Below, in pieces: positions 29,624-38,080 of a stretch of 64,000 bases of DNA. The translations under genes were made by a program, and so were the position numbers. The notes under the pieces were generated by a model that was given only the letters and a program-made list of their open reading frames with translations, made no database searches and was not told where the DNA came from. Position 1 is the first letter of the stretch. Each line of letters begins with the position of its first letter. The DNA is from a virus. Location of the stretch: positions 32,001-96,000 of the IMG/VR virus record IMGVR_UViG_3300046002_007411. One strand, written 5' to 3'.

Positions 29624-30650
29624 TGTTTTTACCCATGGCCTGTCGTAATACGCCTATTTTCAAATCACTTGTAGTGCGAGACTGAATTATGCTTCTTATT
29701 GTAAACAACTCACCATAACGCTGAGCTGCATCTGCTGCATCTTTGCATGATTTTTCCCATTGTGGGAAACTCACAGCCCAATCCAACTGTAATGCTTGAT
29801 CAATTAAGTCTTGATTCTGTTGTTCTTGATCAGGCATTATGATTATTTGTTTGCCAGATTTTTGCAGCTGAGATATTTGCCCTTGACTTAACACATGGCT
29901 CATGACAGCTACACAATCAATACTTATGGCAGTCAAAAGTCCCTCAACTACAATCACAAAGTGTCTGCTATTATACAGCACATGACTGTTGAACAAATAG
30001 TCTGTGGGCAACTTGCTGTTGACATATCTAGGCTGCCCAGCAGGTGGGGTTCCTGCCCATCGCGCACTGTAACCCACTGTGGCTTGTTTGTGATCTTTCA
30101 TGGGAACGAGAACTCTGTGTTTCATTTTCCATCGTCCCCCGTGAGGTGACCAAAAGTATTCACTGTTTCTCATGATACTAGAGCCACGCTGATTGATATA
30201 GTGCCAAGCTTGTAGAAAATCAGGATCTTGATTGTTTTCCTCGACAAGTTTACTCATTAACTGGCTGTTCAAGGGCCAAGCATCAGGTTCAAACTTCACG
30301 TCTAACGTAATGGCCGGAAGAGAATCTGTGCTGGAGCTGCCTTCAAGGCTTTTTTGCAGCTCGTGCATTTTTAAACTGTCAATAATTTCTTGTGGAACAG
30401 ACATCCACGACAGCAGCATGCGAAAACTGTCAGTTAGGCCATCACCTGTATATCTACAACGATATCCACAGTTATAACAACTGTAGGAAACGTGTGATTG
30501 TCCATCAATCAACCAGTTGCCACGACCACGAGTGTCAGGCCTGTGTCCGCGATGGCTGCAACATACTGCATTTGCACTTTTCCAGCCTTTACTAGCGGTT
30601 CTAGCTCGCGCAGGAATCCATTGACCAACTACATCTGCTACAGATACCAT
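29613..30650 (-). CDS. DNA primase (gp61/DnaG-like)
   Basis: N-terminal zinc site (CC..H...CYNC), GYSAR, PRYVN, TOPRIM VVEG...PDQE...KDAAD; adjacent to helicase. Confidence 0.85.
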   Translation of the reverse strand: MVSVADVVGQWIPARARTASKGWKSANAVCCSHRGHRPDTRGRGNWLIDGQSHVSYSCYNCGYRCRYTGDGLTDSFRMLLSWMSVPQEIIDSLKMHELQKSLEGSSSTDSLPAITLDVKFEPDAWPLNSQLMSKLVEENNQDPDFLQAWHYINQRGSSIMRNSEYFWSPHGGRWKMKHRVLVPMKDHKQATVGYSARWAGTPPAGQPRYVNSKLPTDYLFNSHVLYNSRHFVIVVEGLLTAISIDCVAVMSHVLSQGQISQLQKSGKQIIIMPDQEQQNQDLIDQALQLDWAVSFPQWEKSCKDAADAAQRYGELFTIRSIIQSRTTSDLKIGVLRQAMGKNNGF

Positions 30651-30658
30651 TACATGGT

Positions 30659-31471
30659 TTAGCTTTTGTAGAGTATTTTGTCAAACGTTCCTGTGTTGCC
30701 AAGAGCACTTTGATAAACAAAACGCACCCAGTAGAGATTTTGTGTGGTGCTGCCCTGCCATATTGTGGGCTGATCGTCGCCAGTCCATTGTTTGTAGTTG
30801 GTGTCAGCTGTTAGAGGAATGAAAAACCATTCGTTATCTGTGGGCACATTTTCTGTCAAACTGCCTTGCATCCAAAGCTTGCCCAACCAGTTGGTTGTGT
30901 AAACCACCCATGTATGAGTCCCCGAAGTCTCACCTGTTTGTGCATTGCCAGGTAAACTGGAACTCACGTATAAAATATCAGTCCACCAGTTGAGCGGTGT
31001 GGGTGTGAAGTTAGTGATTACTGTGGCTGGAACAAGTTCACGTTGAGTGCCAGCTAAAATTTCCACTGCCACATCAATGTCTTGATATTGATCACTGTAA
31101 AGAAAACGTTGCACATTGCTGTCATCAGTGCTGGTAAGCTGAATATTGTAAAATCCCAAAGGCAAAAACTGAATATCAGTTTCTTGTATGTCAACTACAG
31201 CTTGGCCTTGAGCAGCATTGGTAGTTGTGACACTTTTAACCAAAACTGTCTGTTGTGTTTCCACATTAATCATTTGAGCAGTTAGAGTGAGACCGGTAAT
31301 GTCCACAGGTCTCCGATCAACATTACGCACCAGCATTTGCAGGGTGTTAGTAACGCCTTTGTATATTTTTTGCTTATATTGAATCATGGGCCATGTCTGC
31401 AGGAAAGTTCCAGGTGCATCATACATCCAATATAGCTGTTGTTGATAAGAATAAAGGGTAATAGTGGACAT
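30659..31471 (-). CDS. probable virion protein (beta-sandwich-like)
   Basis: KIYKGVTNTLQMLVRNVDRRPVDITG pattern; TAAATA 31504-31509. Confidence 0.6.
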   Translation of the reverse strand: MSTITLYSYQQQLYWMYDAPGTFLQTWPMIQYKQKIYKGVTNTLQMLVRNVDRRPVDITGLTLTAQMINVETQQTVLVKSVTTTNAAQGQAVVDIQETDIQFLPLGFYNIQLTSTDDSNVQRFLYSDQYQDIDVAVEILAGTQRELVPATVITNFTPTPLNWWTDILYVSSSLPGNAQTGETSGTHTWVVYTTNWLGKLWMQGSLTENVPTDNEWFFIPLTADTNYKQWTGDDQPTIWQGSTTQNLYWVRFVYQSALGNTGTFDKILYKS

Positions 31472-31534
31472 ATCATGAATAAAATAGTGATTAATCTAAT
31501 AAGTATTTAGCTGAACTGTTACAAGGAAACTGCT

Positions 31535-31909
31535 ATGACACCACAGGAACTAACCGACTTGCAACAAAGATATCCCTTTCTCAGTGTAGTGCAATATCTC
31601 AACAACGAGTATCTAGGAATCATTCAACAAGCTGATCAACAGTTTATCAACATTTATGCTTGGGATGACAACTGGACTGATGTTCGCAAGAAAAGGTTTC
31701 TAGTTTGTGGTGAAACTTGGTGGTGGGAAAGCAACAGAAATATCCCCATAAATTTGTTTATGGGGCAAGACTTTCAAGAGTTTAGAACCGTATTAAAAAC
31801 TTTTGCAAGCAAAGAAAGTCGTGTAGTTCAAGGTCCCACAGTAAATCTACGTGAAATGTTAAACAAACGAGTAAAACGACGCACCATTACTTTGGTGCGC
31901 GAAGTTTAA
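31535..31909 (+). CDS. hypothetical phage protein
   Basis: AAGGA RBS; YPFLS..WWWESNRNIPINLF. Confidence 0.75.
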   Translation: MTPQELTDLQQRYPFLSVVQYLNNEYLGIIQQADQQFINIYAWDDNWTDVRKKRFLVCGETWWWESNRNIPINLFMGQDFQEFRTVLKTFASKESRVVQGPTVNLREMLNKRVKRRTITLVREV

Positions 31910-32355
31910 TCGCCTAGAGTACTAACTTTCACTCTCACTTTTACAGTTTTACCATCAGCACTGACTTTTGGTTCAAACTTAACACGCTGTTCTCTTAGAT
32001 ATTGAGTTTCTTCTTGTCGACTCCACTTTTGCCAGTGCTGCATGGTTTTCCATGCAAGCGTGCGGGCCACCAGTTCATTGTTTACAGCCAAAATAGCATA
32101 AAAATCATCACTGTTTTCCACGGCACGCAAGCGCACACTGAACTGGTCGCTTGCATGCTCGAGACTTACGAGAATATCTCGCAGTTCACGTGGCTGGCAA
32201 CGTGGATTGCGCCACATCCAAACATCACCATGCAAGCGTTGACGAAACTTACCTGCAAGTTCTGCGTCTTCAATATATCCCAAATCCCAAGTGTTGTCTT
32301 CATGCACCACATGGGCATGACATCCAAACATTGAACTGGCTAGCTGTAGCTGCAT
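31906..32355 (-). CDS. hypothetical protein
   Basis: 149 aa, GAGG RBS. Confidence 0.7.
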   Translation of the reverse strand: MQLQLASSMFGCHAHVVHEDNTWDLGYIEDAELAGKFRQRLHGDVWMWRNPRCQPRELRDILVSLEHASDQFSVRLRAVENSDDFYAILAVNNELVARTLAWKTMQHWQKWSRQEETQYLREQRVKFEPKVSADGKTVKVRVKVSTLGD

Positions 32356-32379
32356 GATTATACCTCTCTATGTGTTATA

Positions 32380-32970
32380 TTATAATGATTGTGAAACTTC
32401 GTCAACGATTATTTCTGCATGAACCTTCACCAACATGGCATAACCAAAACTATGAGATTTCCTAAAATGGTAACCTTGGTCACTGCGCTGCCAAATGTCG
32501 GGATCAGCACTAGACAGCCCATGTTCCAAACAACGATTGATAAGCCATTGTTTACCGGGTCTAATCAACGCCAAAATGATAGCAATGTCTTCTAGACTTT
32601 TAGGGGCCAATCGTGCTGTTAAATCAGCATGATTGTGAAGATGGATCAGTTGTGCAACAAACTCAGGATAAGTCATTAACTGCCAGTTGAAATCACGATC
32701 ACATAGTTCTTGCAAATGCGCAGGACTGCGGACCTTCTCGTAGACGTTTACATTGAGTATGTCAATTTTGAACAATCCCTGTTGCTGAGCTTGCTTGTAG
32801 GGCAAGCTGCAATAACCAGTAACAGGATCTTGAGGTACATTGTGGAAATACACCCCGGTGTTGTGTTTTTCCAAGCGATCATTTCTAAGCAAGCTAGCAG
32901 GAATATGTTTGATGTCTGCTAGGGCTTGCTCTCTGGCGGCCACGTCAATGTCGATATCAAAATCTATCAT
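32380..32970 (-). CDS. miniature DNA polymerase III alpha (DnaE)-like nucleotidyltransferase
   Basis: DFDIDID, KHNTGVY, GLFKIDIL, PKSLEDIAIILALIRPG and GYHFRKSHSFGYA match DnaE palm/finger motifs in order. Confidence 0.85.
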   Translation of the reverse strand: MIDFDIDIDVAAREQALADIKHIPASLLRNDRLEKHNTGVYFHNVPQDPVTGYCSLPYKQAQQQGLFKIDILNVNVYEKVRSPAHLQELCDRDFNWQLMTYPEFVAQLIHLHNHADLTARLAPKSLEDIAIILALIRPGKQWLINRCLEHGLSSADPDIWQRSDQGYHFRKSHSFGYAMLVKVHAEIIVDEVSQSL

Positions 32971-33314
32971 GTTCTCTGACGTAACCGGGTGTTTAACTGA
33001 CTGAGTCGGGACATGATTTCTCTGTGTTCCTGTTGCATCTTGGTCATTTGGGTTTTTAAATCTTGATTTTCTCGCACCAACTGTTGAATCACCTGTTCAC
33101 CGGGAACACGTTGCCGGTTACCTTGTTGGTCTGATACTACTACCCAGGCCCCCTCAATCTGCCAATCAGAAGTCTTTTTTGTCAAGGGCAGACTGTTGCT
33201 GTCATCGCTATCGTTGCTATATTGTCCGCCAAACTGTATTTGCTCAACTACCCGGGGTTCAGCTTTAATGGGAATATTCCAGATTTCTTGGGGCTCTACT
33301 AAAAACTTTTTCAT
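32967..33314 (-). CDS. hypothetical protein with C-terminal coiled coil
   Basis: Coupled to both neighbours; heptad-like C-terminus. Confidence 0.65.
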   Translation of the reverse strand: MKKFLVEPQEIWNIPIKAEPRVVEQIQFGGQYSNDSDDSNSLPLTKKTSDWQIEGAWVVVSDQQGNRQRVPGEQVIQQLVRENQDLKTQMTKMQQEHREIMSRLSQLNTRLRQRT

Positions 33315-33991
33315 TACATTCCTGCTTGTGCTAACATCTCACGGGCAAAATCTGCATCTTGTGGATGGCTTTTGAACTTGAGTTTCCACACATGAGCAGG
33401 AGCCCAGTTTTGTATCATGGACACTTGTTCATGGCTACAGCGTTGCAAAAACTCTGCACTGCTGTCGGCATTGTATATCAACCAAGGACTGATTCTGCCA
33501 TGACAAATGATTTGTGTGCCCATATTGGTATTTACCATACGAAAAAATTCGCACCAAGCTGTGTCATTTTGTTGCGCCCATTTGGCAAGATATTCCACGC
33601 TGCGAGCAAGAGCTTGATCACAATTTTCCGTTGCAATCAAGTCATGTACATACAACACCAGCAAGCTTTCTTGACACCATTTATCCACAGGTATATTGCT
33701 GCGAATAACAAAATCAATAAATGCCCGGGGAGCTACAACATCGTTTTCAATAACATAAGTGGAAAACTTGTTGAAAGCTCCATAAAATGCACTGGAAATA
33801 AAATCTTCCTGTGTGACTTTTTTCATGTTACGCATGCCACTAAGCTCATGAAATCTCTGCCAACTGTAAAACGCCAAGCGACCTTGAGCTGTGTCTCGGT
33901 TAAACCAACGTCTTTTCTTTTCACAACTGTGATTATACCAAGTTTTTTCTTTTGCAAAAAATCTTTTGCAAAACTCGCATACAAAAGTCAT
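33314..33991 (-). CDS. phage protein with N-terminal zinc finger
   Basis: CEFCKRFF...HSC. Confidence 0.75.
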   Translation of the reverse strand: MTFVCEFCKRFFAKEKTWYNHSCEKKRRWFNRDTAQGRLAFYSWQRFHELSGMRNMKKVTQEDFISSAFYGAFNKFSTYVIENDVVAPRAFIDFVIRSNIPVDKWCQESLLVLYVHDLIATENCDQALARSVEYLAKWAQQNDTAWCEFFRMVNTNMGTQIICHGRISPWLIYNADSSAEFLQRCSHEQVSMIQNWAPAHVWKLKFKSHPQDADFAREMLAQAGM

Positions 33992-34476
33992 TTTGCACTG
34001 TGGAGTTTGACTAGCTCTTGAACTTTATTTTCTGCATAACCACTAGCAACTGCTAAGTCAATCACCTGCTGCTGCGTGATAGTTGCCAGCATGATTGACA
34101 GTTCTTGACTGTTGAGTTGAGGATAATAGTTTTGTATAAGTTCCACAATGGGATTGTCGCGTCGTTTTTTTGCTCGTGCAACTGGTATCCAGGGATGAAA
34201 CTGTTTGCTGCCAGCACCTGCACAACATAGCAATAGATGCTGTAGTTCAGCATGATCCCTCAAGTCACTGAATCCAATATTGACCAGATCATTTACTGCC
34301 AAAATAGCATAAGATTGTAAAGCACTGTTGTTGGCCAAACTACTGAGATAACGCATGATCACAAAAGGACTATAAGCTCGGCGTTCTTGTTCAGTTAGTT
34401 GGCTGTAATAGTCAAGCTTTTGTGTATCAATAGCACTTAATACCTGTTTGATATCCAATGCATATTCTTTAGCCAT
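33988..34476 (-). CDS. clamp-loader small subunit-like protein (gp62-like)
   Basis: YSPFVIMRYLS...VN...LQHLLL...FHPWI pattern in the replication cluster. Confidence 0.55.
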   Translation of the reverse strand: MAKEYALDIKQVLSAIDTQKLDYYSQLTEQERRAYSPFVIMRYLSSLANNSALQSYAILAVNDLVNIGFSDLRDHAELQHLLLCCAGAGSKQFHPWIPVARAKKRRDNPIVELIQNYYPQLNSQELSIMLATITQQQVIDLAVASGYAENKVQELVKLHSAK

Positions 34477-35353
34477 GTGATGACTCCTGATAAAACAAAC
34501 TACTGTTTGGCGCCGCGACAAGATTGCGAAAAATCAACACTTCCATGGCTTTCTTGGCTTCAAAGCCTGTTTGTGTTTTTTTACGACGCCCTGCTGTATA
34601 TGTCACAGGTATTTTTACCACGTGCGCTTGCACTTTGTCAAAGAATCCGTCGCCGCTATCACGATTGCACAACCAAAAATTATCATTTTGTTCCACAGTT
34701 TTTACAAGCTTTTCCAGCTCAATATCTGGAAATGGTTGATTGTAATCAGCAAAACTATCGCGATAGGGAGGATCACAAAACACAAAGTCACAAATAGGAA
34801 CTTGGCTCCAATCACCTGACGTAATATGAACTTGTCGTTGTGTTAATGCATCGTGCCATGCTTGCAAGTTATCGGGATCATATACTTGAGTTTCTGTAAG
34901 CAAGCCACAAGGCGTGCCATAGCGATTGTTGGTGTTTTTGTTGATTTGCCAAATGCCGTTAAATCCTGTGCGCATGAGAAAATACAACACAGCAGCTTGC
35001 TGAGTTTTTGACCACTTTTCCCAATCCCATGCATGTTCTTCACGAACTTTATAATAATATGCACGGCGCTGGTCATAGTTGCCTTGCAGATATTCCTGAC
35101 TATGCTGTTGTAAACAATCGCAAAAATCTTGGAAATCGCTAACAATACTCTGATAGATGTTGATTATGTCGCTGTTGATATCGTTAATCCAGACTTCCTG
35201 TGGATTGTATTTTTCAATCACATGAGCAAACATAGCCCCGCCACCAAAAAATGGCTCACTGTAAGTCTTGATAGGAGCAGCTGGCATATAAGGTTGGTAG
35301 TATTTGAGCATTTTGCTCTTGCCACCAGCCCATTTAAACAATGGTTTAATCAA
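34469..35353 (-). CDS. Dam-family (D12 class) DNA adenine methyltransferase
   Basis: KWAGGK, EPFFGGGA, INDIN, FNG, DPPY. Confidence 0.92.
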   Translation of the reverse strand: MIKPLFKWAGGKSKMLKYYQPYMPAAPIKTYSEPFFGGGAMFAHVIEKYNPQEVWINDINSDIINIYQSIVSDFQDFCDCLQQHSQEYLQGNYDQRRAYYYKVREEHAWDWEKWSKTQQAAVLYFLMRTGFNGIWQINKNTNNRYGTPCGLLTETQVYDPDNLQAWHDALTQRQVHITSGDWSQVPICDFVFCDPPYRDSFADYNQPFPDIELEKLVKTVEQNDNFWLCNRDSGDGFFDKVQAHVVKIPVTYTAGRRKKTQTGFEAKKAMEVLIFRNLVAAPNSSLFYQESSHG

Positions 35354-35883
35354 AGGGTAATCGCCTGTTTCATGATGTTATACAGCTCTTGGTCTGTGAA
35401 ACCCTGTTCTTGCCCGTGAAAACTTGTGCCTGTTGCATGAGTTACATTCCAAACAACTGGCTTGCCTTCACAAGCCAAGGCAAAGCTTAACCCTTTATAC
35501 ATGCTATTATGCTCTTGAACACCTGGGCCACTGCAAAATGTAACATATCTTGCTTGTGGTGCCAACACATGAGCTATCCAGCGATTCATATACCATCGCT
35601 CGTGTGCGTTGCCCACTGCTCCTTGTTTTTTGCCTTCAAAAATAGCAACGATTTGGTTTTTGCTGTTATACCAAATACCACCATCCGGCTGGCAGCTGGC
35701 AAGGCCTCCGGGAATGTCCCGGGACAAAAACTTATTCACACGTCTGTAACCCTGTGGGGCTAGTTCCTGGGACAAAATCTTGCTAATATGCCGCATTCCG
35801 CGATCTAAAGCATGGCTCTGTGAGTCATATGCAGTAGTGCCTTTTTTGATACCTCCTTGAAATCCGTGGGTTCTCTGGCTCAT
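35350..35883 (-). CDS. EcoRI/MunI-like restriction endonuclease
   Basis: PDGG...EGKKQG..GNAHER parallels EcoRI PDGG/EAKHQG/GNAIER; overlaps the MTase start (TTGA). Confidence 0.72.
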   Translation of the reverse strand: MSQRTHGFQGGIKKGTTAYDSQSHALDRGMRHISKILSQELAPQGYRRVNKFLSRDIPGGLASCQPDGGIWYNSKNQIVAIFEGKKQGAVGNAHERWYMNRWIAHVLAPQARYVTFCSGPGVQEHNSMYKGLSFALACEGKPVVWNVTHATGTSFHGQEQGFTDQELYNIMKQAITL

Positions 35884-35952
35884 ATAAAATCCTTGGTTCG
35901 CATGCTGTTGTCTTACAATATATACTGTCAGATCAATGTCAACATATAAAGC

Positions 35953-36327
35953 ATGGGCCGGCCGTTAAATCCTCGTTATTTTGGTGTTCCACGGGGACAA
36001 CCTGTGCTGCTGCCAGTTGTACGCCTACATGACAAAGTTCAAGCTGCATGGATAGTTAATCAAACCAACAAACACAGCTATATTTGTCGACAAACACTGT
36101 CAGGTAGTCAGGGGCTTTGCAAGCTGGCAAACAATCTAGATCACAATGGCAACATGCTCTTGCGATTTCAAGATCCTCATGATCAAATATTTTATTGCAG
36201 TAGAATAACCAACTTGTTTGTTTGGGATTTCCATGGTCAAAAATATCCCTGGACTTTTCATGCCCATCTTGTAAATCCACAGCAATCTTATGTTTGTATT
36301 ATTGATGCTGTAATGAACTATAAATAA
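35953..36327 (+). CDS. short paralogue of the downstream MGRP protein
   Basis: MGRPLNPRYFG vs MGRPINKKFIG; shared C-terminal (K/T)Y.W.F. Confidence 0.65.
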   Translation: MGRPLNPRYFGVPRGQPVLLPVVRLHDKVQAAWIVNQTNKHSYICRQTLSGSQGLCKLANNLDHNGNMLLRFQDPHDQIFYCSRITNLFVWDFHGQKYPWTFHAHLVNPQQSYVCIIDAVMNYK

Positions 36328-36384
36328 CCCAAACAACTATTATGCGGTCCAACCGCGTAGCCTTGAAAGGCAAAGGAGAAAACA

Positions 36385-37482
36385 ATGGGACGCCCGATTA
36401 ACAAGAAGTTTATAGGTAATACTGGTGTTACAGGCCAACAGATAGCTGCAACAGCTTGGATTCCTGGCCAAGGAGCGCCTTATACCGATGCATATATTAC
36501 TCGACAAACAGGCACAGGACGTTATGTCATGCGTGCCAATGCCGGTGTAGCAAGTGGTCAAGTCAGCTTGGTCAATGGTGCCCTTACAACAGCAGGACAA
36601 GCAAACATCGTGGTTACCCCATGGGGCGCGGGCGGTAGCGGAGCCACAGTGGCAGCACGCCTAGGACTAGGGGCTGTAGCTGTAAACTTGGCTGGAAAAG
36701 GTCCTGTCGGCGATAGTTATTTGCCTAGCGAAAAACTCAGTGTTATTGGCGGGACAAGCACAGCAACTGGCAACGTTACAGTCAATAGTGTTAAAATTGG
36801 CAACGTCACAACACAAAACGCAGGCACTGGTTACGGTACTAACAGCTACTTGATTTTCAGTGGCACTGATTGGACTACCTCAGGGAATGTTCAAGTAGCA
36901 ACTATTGGCGGCGGGGGCGCCATTACGGGATTAACAATAATAAATGCCGGCGTATTTGTGGGCACATCTTTGCCGGGAACTGGCGGTCTTAGTGTTGCAC
37001 CAACAAGTGTAATAGGAACACAAGGTAGCAATGCTACATTGAACTTCCGCTTTGATATCAACGGCATTAGTGTAACTGATACTGGTGTTTACAGTGTAAT
37101 CCCCAGCAATCCCATAGCCCTTGCTGCCAGTGCAGAAGGTGGTGCAGGAGCAAATGTCAACGTAACTTGGTCCGTTACACAAGTTGCAGTAACTTATGCA
37201 GGTGATGGTCTTTACACCGCAGCAGATGTGGACTTTGAAACAGGCGCAGCAGCAGCTACAGCCACAGTGTCACAGGGTAACATCAGTGCTGTGACCGTTA
37301 CTGCTGGTGGAACTTATAGTGCCGTTCCCAACGTTAGCATAAGTGGATCAACATCAAAAGAATATGCTGCTGTTATTTTTGATAACACTGTTAGAACATT
37401 TACAAATAACAGAACATATGATTGGAAGTTTGAAGGAATACCTTTGACAGCACCTGGCCAAGCAACTATCCAAAGCGACTAA
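36385..37482 (+). CDS. Gly/Thr-rich virion structural protein
   Basis: TATAAATA 36319-36326, AAGGAG RBS, beta-repeat GxGY motifs. Confidence 0.75.
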   Translation: MGRPINKKFIGNTGVTGQQIAATAWIPGQGAPYTDAYITRQTGTGRYVMRANAGVASGQVSLVNGALTTAGQANIVVTPWGAGGSGATVAARLGLGAVAVNLAGKGPVGDSYLPSEKLSVIGGTSTATGNVTVNSVKIGNVTTQNAGTGYGTNSYLIFSGTDWTTSGNVQVATIGGGGAITGLTIINAGVFVGTSLPGTGGLSVAPTSVIGTQGSNATLNFRFDINGISVTDTGVYSVIPSNPIALAASAEGGAGANVNVTWSVTQVAVTYAGDGLYTAADVDFETGAAAATATVSQGNISAVTVTAGGTYSAVPNVSISGSTSKEYAAVIFDNTVRTFTNNRTYDWKFEGIPLTAPGQATIQSD

Positions 37483-37525
37483 AGCTTTACTTGTTTTTTA
37501 CTTGTTAAAACAAGTACAGACTCCA

Positions 37526-37557
37526 CAATGCCCTGATAGCAATATCAGGGCATTGTG
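37526..37557. terminator. hairpin between convergent genes
   Basis: acaatgccctgata-gcaa-tatcagggcattgt perfect 14-bp stem. Confidence 0.8.
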
Positions 37558-37560
37558 TTT

Positions 37561-38061
37561 TTAAAACAAATGTTTAATATCTAATACTTCGGGAATTTTA
37601 GCTAGGTCTTTTACAAAAAAAGCACAAGCAGGATCACGTCCATCTTGCAAGGGCACTGCTAAAATATTAGCTGTTTTCAGCTTGGGACAAAACCATTTGA
37701 CATCAGGCCAAACATTGATAACGTCCACGGTGTGAAACTTGGGTATATATCCTGTCAAAGGATTAAAACAAAAAGATTGGAAATCTTTGTCCATGAGATA
37801 CAACAAACTGACTATTTCCAAATCACCTATTTCAGGATCTCCAATAACCAAATGCCAATCTAGTGGCATTTGGCATTGATAGGGCCCTATTTGCAAATCC
37901 ACGCTGGGTGAAACAAAGCTTTCCAAAAACACCAAGGGATGCCAATAATAGTCAATGTTTTTGTTGTCGCTGTAATCTAACACACAAAAGTTAAGATCCA
38001 CGCCTTGGTCAGGTAAGTGGTTGACGTTCAAGCTCTGATTGTCGCTGGTAAGTATTTTCAC
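37561..38061 (-). CDS. hypothetical phage protein
   Basis: GTG start (MKILTSDN) 4 nt after TAAATA. Confidence 0.7.
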   Translation of the reverse strand: MKILTSDNQSLNVNHLPDQGVDLNFCVLDYSDNKNIDYYWHPLVFLESFVSPSVDLQIGPYQCQMPLDWHLVIGDPEIGDLEIVSLLYLMDKDFQSFCFNPLTGYIPKFHTVDVINVWPDVKWFCPKLKTANILAVPLQDGRDPACAFFVKDLAKIPEVLDIKHLF

Positions 38062-38080
38062 GCAGTATTTACTGGTGATG

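Noticed and set aside
33359-34021. 220-aa plus-strand ORF
   Set aside because: Antisense shadow of the zinc-finger gene; no RBS or motif.
34469-35353. Calling the MTase dam (GATC)
   Set aside because: The Arg that reads GATC in Dam is Gln here and the partner nuclease is EcoRI-like, so the symbol was withheld.
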